A stretch of DNA of 46,160 bases, from positions 1 to 46,160 of IMG/VR virus record IMGVR_UViG_3300045534_000027. One strand, 5' to 3'. A model generated the notes under the pieces. The model worked only from the letters and a program-made list of their open reading frames with translations, was not told the origin of the DNA and did no database searches. This document shows positions 36,806 to 44,319 of the stretch, in pieces; positions within the stretch are counted from its first letter, which is position 1; each line of letters starts with the position of its first letter. The DNA comes from a virus (taxonomy: Duplodnaviria; Caudoviricetes). The position numbers were made by a program, and so were the translations under genes.

Positions 36806-39331
36806 TTATGTATATGTTGCTGTTTCTCTATCTGTCCATTTAACATTTATTGCGCTTGCAGTTGTAACCGCTCCTGCTAATGTTATTGTTAGTCTTGTAA
36901 TTATCCATACCGATGCGCTTTCTAAGCTATCTGCTGGAGCAATACCGCAGTAATTAATACTACTATTTATTGAATTATTTGCGTTTCTTCTTTCCGCTGC
37001 TACAGCTAAAACATTCTTATGCTCCCACAACTGAGTTATAGAGTTATAAAATATTCCGTCATTATTATCTGGATTAAGGGCATCCACATTATGAAGCTCC
37101 TGGAGCTCATACCCGTTTTGCACCCTTACATATATTCTCCCTGCTGCTCCATTACTTGCTGTTGTTACAACCCCTAGATATACTAAGTGATTAGGAGCGT
37201 ATGGCTTAATGTTTGTAATTGTACCAGGTGTAGCACCAAGGTATACAGGATCTCCATCATCCCAAGTAGCAGTTGGTAAAATACTTAGCCCATCCAATAG
37301 ACCTTGCATCATTATAATACCCTTCTGATTAGCCGCAATAGATGTAGACAGAACTAATCCAACTGTCTGAGCTGATGTTGCATCACCTGTATTATTTGCC
37401 CTCTTTACAGTCATTCTATCTCCTGTGCCGCTAAAAGCGTATACAGGCATACCCTTAGTTAAGGTAACAGAGTCGTCATTTGTAACATATGCAATAAGCG
37501 AGTTTGGAGATATGCCAATTACTTGAAATCTATTAGTAGTTGAATTATAAATACACAGCATCTCTCCGCCAGCTAATATATCTCCTCCAAGTAAGGGACC
37601 ATCATTATTTCTGTATAATGGTATTGCTCCTAAAGCATTGATGTTTAATGTTGCTCCTGTAGTATTACCATTGGTAAATCTAATCAAGTAGGCATCTGCA
37701 TCATTATATGCTGTAACTCCTGTAACTGTTGCAGTATACGTATCAGTTCCTGCTGCAGTTGCGTGAGGTATTCCACCTCCTGTTGGAATATCAGCTAAAG
37801 TTGCTAATGGACTTGATGCGCCACTTGGAAATGCATAATTAACAGTATCAACGTTAATACCATCTTTACTTATTATAACATTGTCAGAACCATCAACAGT
37901 TCCTAAATAAACTTGACCTGCGATAACCTCTGTTAAAACATCATTAACTACGCTTTTTAAGCTTATTCTCCCATCTCCAAATTCATTAACACTTGTTTCA
38001 AAATCATTTGCAGTATTGCTGAAAAAAATAGCACTATCTACTGCCGCATCTCCTTCATCTAAAACCTCTTGAAGTGTTGGAGTAGTTCCTGTATTTACTA
38101 AATCCCAAACAGCAGCTCCTGTACTTGCATCCGTACATTTATAAGTATCCCCATTATCTAAAGTCCAAAGTGAATCAACTTTAAAACGTAGTGTATTATC
38201 AAAGCTAGCATCAGGTACTATATTAAATCCGTTAGTTGAATTTCTTATAAGTCCGTTGCTGTCAAATACGTGTCTTATTCCACTTTGCCACATATCCTCA
38301 AATCCAACACCGCAGATGCGTGAAATACCTCCATCAGCTCCAAAGTCGTAGGTTCCCTTTTTTAGTGTTGACGCATTTTCTAATTGAATAGCATCGGCAT
38401 CATTTATAACAATATTTTCGCCACCTGTTTCGTTACCCTCTGCCAAAACTTCTTGAAGTGTTGGAGTGGTAATATCAGAAGTTAAAGCAAGTGTGCCTGA
38501 AGCATTTGGAAATGTAATATTTCTGTCTTCTGAAATATCCCCTGGAGGTAGTATGGCTAATGTCTTTAACCCCCCATTCGGAATAGTCATAGTTATAGCG
38601 CCCGCAAGTACCTTTGTAGATTTTAATGTAAAAGTGTTGTCAACCGTAACTCCAGTTGCTTGAAGTGTTGTTCTTTGTGTACCTAAAGTAATTGTGGGGT
38701 CTTCATCTACAACTTGTTGCAGTGTTGGAGTGGTTATCTGAGATGATATATAGTCTATAAGGTCTGTCTGGTCCTCTATATCTCCAGTTATACTTCCCCA
38801 TACTGGTGGTGGAATATCCTGAACCTTATCGACCAAGCTGACAAGGTAGTCAAGGTCCTCGGATATAAATCCGTTACCAGCCAAGAAGTCAACCTCAACC
38901 ACAAAGAAGTTTGTGTTAGGTATCCAAGGCTCTATGCTTGTTATCTTGTAGTATCCAAATATGTTTATGTTGCTAGCCTTAGACAGCAATACCTTCCCGT
39001 CTACCAAGAAGTCCAGGTACTGAGTCACCGTGTTACCCTTCAGCGTGTTCTTGGCTATCAGAAATGTTGTGATTGCAGAGAAGTTAACCTGAGGTCCTAT
39101 CTCTGTCTCGAACGAGATAGTGCCCTGCTCCCTAGCCTCTCCAGGCAGTAGCGTCTGGTACCTGTAACGTATAGACGTTCCAATATCTATAACGTTGTTT
39201 TCGTTAAAGAAGCTGGCAAGGTTATTAGGCGTAAAGTTCTTTGTTATCAGAAAGTTCTGAGCATCAGATCCTATCCACTTGTCGTTGCCAGTTATATTAA
39301 CATCCGTACTGTATTGACTTATCTTTGTCAT
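36806..39331 (-). CDS. tail/head fibre protein
   Basis: Mosaic 841-aa protein with three TTPTLQ[QE]V repeats, a NTTGATLNINALGA phage fibre motif and a capsid-cement-like region. Confidence 0.75.
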   Translation of the reverse strand: MTKISQYSTDVNITGNDKWIGSDAQNFLITKNFTPNNLASFFNENNVIDIGTSIRYRYQTLLPGEAREQGTISFETEIGPQVNFSAITTFLIAKNTLKGNTVTQYLDFLVDGKVLLSKASNINIFGYYKITSIEPWIPNTNFFVVEVDFLAGNGFISEDLDYLVSLVDKVQDIPPPVWGSITGDIEDQTDLIDYISSQITTPTLQQVVDEDPTITLGTQRTTLQATGVTVDNTFTLKSTKVLAGAITMTIPNGGLKTLAILPPGDISEDRNITFPNASGTLALTSDITTPTLQEVLAEGNETGGENIVINDADAIQLENASTLKKGTYDFGADGGISRICGVGFEDMWQSGIRHVFDSNGLIRNSTNGFNIVPDASFDNTLRFKVDSLWTLDNGDTYKCTDASTGAAVWDLVNTGTTPTLQEVLDEGDAAVDSAIFFSNTANDFETSVNEFGDGRISLKSVVNDVLTEVIAGQVYLGTVDGSDNVIISKDGINVDTVNYAFPSGASSPLATLADIPTGGGIPHATAAGTDTYTATVTGVTAYNDADAYLIRFTNGNTTGATLNINALGAIPLYRNNDGPLLGGDILAGGEMLCIYNSTTNRFQVIGISPNSLIAYVTNDDSVTLTKGMPVYAFSGTGDRMTVKRANNTGDATSAQTVGLVLSTSIAANQKGIIMMQGLLDGLSILPTATWDDGDPVYLGATPGTITNIKPYAPNHLVYLGVVTTASNGAAGRIYVRVQNGYELQELHNVDALNPDNNDGIFYNSITQLWEHKNVLAVAAERRNANNSINSSINYCGIAPADSLESASVWIITRLTITLAGAVTTASAINVKWTDRETATYT
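38061..38735 (-). repeat. three dispersed TTPTLQ[QE]V repeats in the fibre gene
   Basis: AGTGTTGGAGT core at about 38073, 38457 and 38721. Confidence 0.8.
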
Positions 39332-39904
39332 TTATTTTTTTAAATTTATTTTCCAGTAGGTACCCAGACCGTAGGTAAGTGTTCCATCAAAATCAACTCC
39401 AACATTCAACTGATATACTCTGTCCTTCCTATCCTTGTACAATAACCCAGGGGTTATCATCTGTAGGGTTCTCCTGTCACCAAACAAGTTACCTCCTATG
39501 TAAAGCTGTCTGTTTGGTTGTTGTGCTTCAATAATTGTAATTGTCTTGGTGACAAGAGGTATTTTGTAGTCCTTGAATATAGTTCTTATGCCTAACCTGT
39601 TCTGAAACACTGTGTCTACAATCTTTATATCACCAATGCTGTCAAGCGTAATCGTGTCTCTGTACACAGTCTGCCTGTTGTACTCCTTATTGCAAGTGTC
39701 GACACTTGTAAATATAGTATCCTTTACTGGAATATACTTAACGCTGAAAACCTTTACGTTCTTTGTTATTGTGTCCTTAGTAACCTTATAGATGGTATCA
39801 GTTTTACTATAAACAGTCTCCTTGCTATCAACATTACCGCAGCTACGCATCAATATTATAACAACCACTAACACGATTATAACTATGTACGGTACATTTC
39901 TCAT
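39332..39904 (-). CDS. putative spanin-like lysis protein
   Basis: Directly after the endolysin; N-terminal TM/lipobox-like LMRSC; C-terminal amphipathic beta strands. Confidence 0.5.
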   Translation of the reverse strand: MRNVPYIVIIVLVVVIILMRSCGNVDSKETVYSKTDTIYKVTKDTITKNVKVFSVKYIPVKDTIFTSVDTCNKEYNRQTVYRDTITLDSIGDIKIVDTVFQNRLGIRTIFKDYKIPLVTKTITIIEAQQPNRQLYIGGNLFGDRRTLQMITPGLLYKDRKDRVYQLNVGVDFDGTLTYGLGTYWKINLKK

Positions 39905-40368
39905 TACTCTGATTTTTCAAAGTGCATATAATCAAAATTTTTTTCTCTTCCAAGGGATGCAAATCCGTGCTTATAAAATATATCTATCATATCATTGTAC
40001 TCTGGACGAGCAAACCTTGCTGTCTTGCTTGTCTCCCTTAGCTGATTCCTTTCAGGATCCAAGTCTATAGCTATCCCCCAGCTGTGTCTTGAGTAGTCGC
40101 TACCTCCCCTCATAGCTCTAAAGCTAAAGCAGCCTCCAAACAAATCAATCCCTAGCTCGACTATCCTCTCGTATCCGTAATGACTTAATAAATCGTTAAA
40201 GACACCTAAGAAATCTTCAGCAACCAGCTTATGACACCTCATCTTTGTCACTGTAGTTTTTTTGTCCCAGGACAGGCGCATCGGGTACGGTAGCTTTATA
40301 GTTGTCAAGTACCCTCCCTGCTGTGTAGGCTTTCCGTACTTTGATATTATTTGATGTGTCTTTAACAT
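39904..40368 (-). CDS. endolysin, M15 family peptidase
   Basis: R...SRHSWGIAIDL...DYMHFE zinc-binding motifs. Confidence 0.88.
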   Translation of the reverse strand: MLKTHQIISKYGKPTQQGGYLTTIKLPYPMRLSWDKKTTVTKMRCHKLVAEDFLGVFNDLLSHYGYERIVELGIDLFGGCFSFRAMRGGSDYSRHSWGIAIDLDPERNQLRETSKTARFARPEYNDMIDIFYKHGFASLGREKNFDYMHFEKSE

Positions 40369-40370
40369 TA

Positions 40371-40670
40371 TTACTTTAAAGAGAATAACTTAAGTATAAG
40401 GGTAACTAACGCTCCGAATATAATGACAAACGCCACCTTAAACTGGTTCACGTACACAGATATCTCTCCCTTAAATGTTTCAAGATCCTCAACCCTCTCG
40501 TCTATATCATTGATCTGCTTGACTATACCCTTGTTTCCATTAAGGTTACTTCCAGTCAGAGCTGTTTGTATGTTCATAAGAAGAGTCGTCTTGTCTATGT
40601 CGCTATCCTTTAGTAGTCTAAGGTGCTGCTCGATCCTGTCGAGGCGCTCACTGTATTCCTTGTCCGTCAT
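40371..40670 (-). CDS. coiled-coil protein with a C-terminal TM helix (holin/antiholin-associated)
   Basis: Likely start MTDKE at 40670; lies in the lysis cassette. Confidence 0.55.
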   Translation of the reverse strand: MTDKEYSERLDRIEQHLRLLKDSDIDKTTLLMNIQTALTGSNLNGNKGIVKQINDIDERVEDLETFKGEISVYVNQFKVAFVIIFGALVTLILKLFSLK

Positions 40671-40863
40671 TGTTATTTCTTGATTTATTGTATGCAACAA
40701 CTGAATCTAATACGGTCTGACTGCCAAGGTAAGCCACTGCTATCATTGTCCAGTCTGATGACTCAAGGTCAGCAAGCCAGAGTAGTATAGTAGCAGTAAG
40801 GAATACAAAAAGCTTCCTGCTTATCCACTTGTTTATCAGCGTATCTAGATTCTTTTTACTCAT
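40648..40863 (-). CDS. putative holin
   Basis: 71 aa, two TM helices, SRKLFV...W..IA.AYLG.Q pattern, upstream of the endolysin. Confidence 0.65.
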   Translation of the reverse strand: MSKKNLDTLINKWISRKLFVFLTATILLWLADLESSDWTMIAVAYLGSQTVLDSVVAYNKSRNNNDGQGIQ

Positions 40864-40864
40864 C

Positions 40865-41536
40865 CTACCAGAGTGCTATTAAGTTTAATAAACCTGTTGA
40901 CGTAACTCTTAAAACATTGACAGGTAATATAATTGATGCGTTTGCGTCTCCGCAATCAGCAAATGTAATAATGTCACCACCAACCGTTAAAACCGTTAAA
41001 TTTTTTGGATCTTGCTTTGGAATATACAACGAACACCCCTGGTTATTGTCTGAGTTGTAGATGGCGTATTGGTCACCATCTGCAAAGATGTCGTCGCTTA
41101 GTTGAACAGTATTACTGTCTAAAAAACCGACTATGTTAGCAATAGTTCCGTCTGTAGTGTTTACAACAATAGCTCCCAATAGGTTAGTTGTAAATGTAGC
41201 GTCTGAATCCACAAGGTAGTTACCTACAAGTGCTGACAGATCTGTAAGCTCAGATCCGTTTGTCCAGTCGTCTGGTGTTGTCCCTGTGGCTACAAATGTA
41301 ACCCCGTTTGCGTTTGACGCTGCTCCTACGTTTGTGAAGTCGTCTCCAGTCTCAAACGTTGTTATCTCGTAAGTTACACCTATGGTCAGTAGACCACTTG
41401 TTGCAGTAGGTGGCGTAGTTGGAACTGTCTCTGTAGCTGTGCCTTCAGATCCCAGCCCCGCTGGGTTAGGAATGTTTACCGTGTCGCTTGTAATTACGTT
41501 TATCGCTCTCCCGTAGTGTGTCTTTAAAAACTTCAT
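40865..41536 (-). CDS. putative structural protein
   Basis: Thr/Asp-rich beta protein ending in ILPVNVLRV...IALW. Confidence 0.55.
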   Translation of the reverse strand: MKFLKTHYGRAINVITSDTVNIPNPAGLGSEGTATETVPTTPPTATSGLLTIGVTYEITTFETGDDFTNVGAASNANGVTFVATGTTPDDWTNGSELTDLSALVGNYLVDSDATFTTNLLGAIVVNTTDGTIANIVGFLDSNTVQLSDDIFADGDQYAIYNSDNNQGCSLYIPKQDPKNLTVLTVGGDIITFADCGDANASIILPVNVLRVTSTGLLNLIALW

Positions 41537-41685
41537 TTTTTATATAGTATTTTGTTAATTTTTAGTGCTGGGTTGTTCAGCTTTTCTTTTCTAGCAGCGC
41601 ATCCGCAGCCACCCTTTTTTGCCTTGTCTACTAGCGACTTGATGCCTGTAAGCTTTGTGATTTTTTCGATGTCGTCTCCTAACAT
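41533..41685 (-). CDS. small CGC-motif protein (50 aa, not in ORF track)
   Basis: MLGDDIEKITKLTGIKSLVDKAKKGGCGCAARKEKLN...; ATGA overlap with the downstream gene. Confidence 0.75.
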   Translation of the reverse strand: MLGDDIEKITKLTGIKSLVDKAKKGGCGCAARKEKLNNPALKINKILYKK

Positions 41686-41795
41686 ATCTTCTTATTTTTA
41701 GTTACCTTACCAACGTTACCCTTTAGGTACTTCATCTTGCCATCAAGTGAAGCCTTTGACTCGTACTGCCTTGCCTTTGCTATTATTTTCTTCAT
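41679..41795 (-). CDS. small basic protein (38 aa, not in ORF track)
   Basis: MKKIIAKARQYESKASLDGKMKYLKGNVGKVTKNKKIC*; overlaps both neighbours. Confidence 0.65.
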   Translation of the reverse strand: MKKIIAKARQYESKASLDGKMKYLKGNVGKVTKNKKIC

Positions 41796-42127
41796 ACCTT
41801 AGATACTCTTTTACCCATCCCTACCTTAGACTTCTCAGCCTTCTTCTGATTTAACTGACTTGAACTCATCTCAGACCTTGTCTTTGGAGTCTCGCTCGAA
41901 ACCCTCTTTGTCGGTCTGCAGTACTCGTTCTTTCCTCCTGCACCACACGCCTTGTTTGTTCTTGTGTCAACCCACTTCTCGCTCTCCCATCTCTTCAGGT
42001 CCTTACCAGCCCCTGTCTTCTTTACGTTTCCAGATGCCTTCCTGCACTTGGCTATAGCCTGAGATGCCCTTGCAGATGGGAACACATCGTAGCTAGACTT
42101 AACCTTTTTGTAGCACGCGTCCTTCAT
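41792..42127 (-). CDS. small basic phage protein (DUF5872-like)
   Basis: DACYKKVK...FPSARAS, LKRW..EKWVD, YCRP motifs. Confidence 0.7.
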   Translation of the reverse strand: MKDACYKKVKSSYDVFPSARASQAIAKCRKASGNVKKTGAGKDLKRWESEKWVDTRTNKACGAGGKNEYCRPTKRVSSETPKTRSEMSSSQLNQKKAEKSKVGMGKRVSKV

Positions 42128-42411
42128 TAGTACTTTCCTTGTCTGTTCTTAGGATTAGATGTCTTTCTTCCTCCCTTAGACCACAGCTCTGTGCACGCTA
42201 AGTGTTTAGCAGTGCCTGGCTGTGCAGTGTCGCACTTGTGTCTAGCCTTAAAACTCTTACGAGCCTCGTCCGAATAATTATTTCCGTATCCCTTCGCGCC
42301 TGCGTGAACAAGCTTCTCCTTACCGTCTACACAGTAAAGCTTCATTATCTTCTTCTCTGGGCGCGTGGATGGTCTAACCTCTCCACATCTCATCTTACTT
42401 TTTACTCCCAT
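42127..42411 (-). CDS. small basic phage protein
   Basis: KLVHAG..GY...RKSFKARHKC...W pattern common at the start of phage late regions. Confidence 0.7.
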   Translation of the reverse strand: MGVKSKMRCGEVRPSTRPEKKIMKLYCVDGKEKLVHAGAKGYGNNYSDEARKSFKARHKCDTAQPGTAKHLACTELWSKGGRKTSNPKNRQGKY

Positions 42412-42673
42412 TTCCTCTTGCTCTTTTGTCTCCAGGCATCGCAGTTCGCGAACCGCGATTCACTGAAGCCTTCTGTAATTTTGTCCCTGACTTGGTATGA
42501 GCAACGTCCTTGCCGTCACCGTTTCCGTACGTGCCACGCTTGCGGTTCTCAGCGTTGAGCTCAACACGCTTCTTAACCTCACGGTCCTGCTTGTTGTACT
42601 CCTTCTGATACTCAAGACGCTTCTTGCGTGCCTCTGGATTCGATGCGTAGTATTTTGCTGTCCTACCTGGCAT
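42395..42673 (-). CDS. small basic protein, degenerate HNH-like
   Basis: GDGKDVAH...SVNR; very Lys/Arg-rich. Confidence 0.6.
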   Translation of the reverse strand: MPGRTAKYYASNPEARKKRLEYQKEYNKQDREVKKRVELNAENRKRGTYGNGDGKDVAHTKSGTKLQKASVNRGSRTAMPGDKRARGNGSKK

Positions 42674-42675
42674 TG

Positions 42676-43247
42676 TTAATTAATTTTTAAAAAATTATAA
42701 TTTGTAATAATTTCTTCTATATCATTATTAGATAAATTAAACCATTCACTCTCATTTTATTATTAGAATATTTAAAATGAAGTTCTGATTCTATATCTGA
42801 ATAATTTATTGCAAATAATCTTATACAAGGTTGTTCTGATTGTAAGGTTGATTCTCTGATTTTTGGATTATATGACTTTCCTATTTTTACGTGACCTTTA
42901 TCGTTAACCATTAAATAAGTTTGCTTTTCTTTTTTTATATCAATTTCATTTTCTTGTTTATCAAGTAACTCTAAATCTTGTAATTTTCTTCCTAAAATAT
43001 CATCTGAAGCTAACTTTAAAAAATCATCTTGCAAATTTAAAACTTTTAATACATTAAAATATGCTCCTATAGCTACACTTTCATTTCCTTTTTCAATAAG
43101 ATATAAAGTTGAACGTGAAATATTAGCTCTTTCAGAAACTTGTAATGTAGTTAATTTACGTCTTAATCTACAAAGTTTAATATTCTCCCCTAATACACAT
43201 AATATAGATTTATCTTTTGGGAATAATATTTGTTTCTTAGTTTTCAT
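42676..43247 (-). pseudogene. XRE HTH (HipB-like) fused to a T5orf172/GIY-YIG domain, frameshifted near 42750
   Basis: LGENIKL.R.RRKLT..QV.ERA.ISRSTL..IEKG; TYLM...VKIGKS.NP..R..TLQ...IE.ELH; the terminal (G)EWFNL motif is in another frame that ends at 42676. Confidence 0.7.
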
Positions 43248-43357
43248 TATTTTTTCTTTTTAGCCATCATCATCTTCTCCTTCATCATCATCATCTTGTC
43301 ATTCTTCATACCCTTAGATTTCTCTACTACTACTTTTTTTGTAACTTTTGCTTTCAT
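43247..43357 (-). CDS. Met/Lys-rich micro-protein (36 aa, not in ORF track)
   Basis: MKAKVTKKVVVEKSKGMKNDKMMMMKEKMMMAKKKK*; TAATG coupling to the downstream gene. Confidence 0.7.
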   Translation of the reverse strand: MKAKVTKKVVVEKSKGMKNDKMMMMKEKMMMAKKKK

Positions 43358-43363
43358 AATTAT

Positions 43364-43501
43364 TTATTTTTTTTGTTTTTTACATTTACTAGCCTTGGAC
43401 AGCGCGATTGCTACCGCCTGCTTCTGAGGTCTTCCAGATTTAATCTCTGCTCTTATGTTTGAGCTTATCGTTTTTGATGAGCACCCTGATTTTAATGGCA
43501 T
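43364..43501 (-). CDS. small basic protein with QAVAIALS motif (45 aa, not in ORF track)
   Basis: [37 protein letters not shown]...; a widespread phage motif; first gene after the promoter. Confidence 0.8.
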   Translation of the reverse strand: MPLKSGCSSKTISSNIRAEIKSGRPQKQAVAIALSKASKCKKQKK

Positions 43502-43515
43502 AATATTAAATGTTT

Positions 43516-43531
43516 TATCTTTGCAAAGATA
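43516..43531. promoter_or_regulatory. bidirectional promoter: palindromic pair of -7 elements
   Basis: Perfect palindrome TATCTTTGCAAAGATA centred between divergent ATGs at 43501 (-) and 43546 (+). Confidence 0.8.
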
Positions 43532-43545
43532 ATAATTAAATCAAA

Positions 43546-44022
43546 ATGAAATTAAGAAAGAAAATAATCACAAAGACACACTACAAGGTCGAGCCCAAGC
43601 ACGACTGGTTGAAGTACTGGAGAGTTGTAAGGTATTGGGTGTCAGAGGCTTATGGGCTATCCTACCCAGATCTTGAGATGCTGCTGTTTCTATACTCCGA
43701 GGACCTCTTTTCGGAGCACGACTTTGAGAAGTTTGAGAGGATTATGTCGTGGGACACGAACAGGTTTAAGAGGCTGGTTAGCGGAGACTGGATTGTGCCC
43801 TGGCGTGAGAAGAGCGGAAACGAGAAGGCGTTATACACGCTGTCATTCAAGGGTAAGAGGCTTATAAACGCTGTCTACAAGAAGCTTAGCGGAGAGGAGG
43901 GTATCACAACCCACCCAAGCAAGAACCCAATCTTTAGAAAGGACGCTGGATACATCGCGCGCGGTTATCGTAAGATGATCATTGAGATGAACGAGGCGAT
44001 ACAGAGGGCTAAGCAGTACTAA
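43546..44022 (+). CDS. winged-helix (MarR-like) protein, putative regulator
   Basis: GLSYPDLEMLLFL...FKRLVSGDWI...LYTLSFKGK pattern; the only credible + strand gene beyond 4.7 kb. Confidence 0.6.
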   Translation: MKLRKKIITKTHYKVEPKHDWLKYWRVVRYWVSEAYGLSYPDLEMLLFLYSEDLFSEHDFEKFERIMSWDTNRFKRLVSGDWIVPWREKSGNEKALYTLSFKGKRLINAVYKKLSGEEGITTHPSKNPIFRKDAGYIARGYRKMIIEMNEAIQRAKQY

Positions 44023-44024
44023 AT

Positions 44025-44052
44025 AAAAAACCACCGAGATTAGTCGGTGGTT
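44025..44052 (-). terminator. intrinsic terminator between the convergent groES and wHTH genes
   Basis: AACCACCGA/TCGGTGGTT stem with a T-run on the - strand. Confidence 0.85.
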
Positions 44053-44059
44053 GTTAGTA

Positions 44060-44317
44060 TTAGATCACCACGATCACGTCCCTCTCCATTATGACGGTGT
44101 AGGTCTTGTCGCCTATCATCATACTGTAGCCAGCGTTCTTGTCGTAGTAGACGATGTCTCCGTCGCTTATCGAGTTCACATCCGTGCCCTTCTTTACTAT
44201 CTCTGCCTTCTTGTACCTCATCTTAGAGGTGTCAGTACCAGACATTATCAGACCGATGTCGGACTTGACCTGCTCATCGATCTGGTTGATTATACAATAT
44301 TTTCCAAGTGGCTTCAT
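44060..44317 (-). CDS. groES: co-chaperonin GroES
   Basis: MKPLG..., GDIVYY...G......Y.VI.ERDVIVVI. Confidence 0.9.
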   Translation of the reverse strand: MKPLGKYCIINQIDEQVKSDIGLIMSGTDTSKMRYKKAEIVKKGTDVNSISDGDIVYYDKNAGYSMMIGDKTYTVIMERDVIVVI

Positions 44318-44319
44318 AT

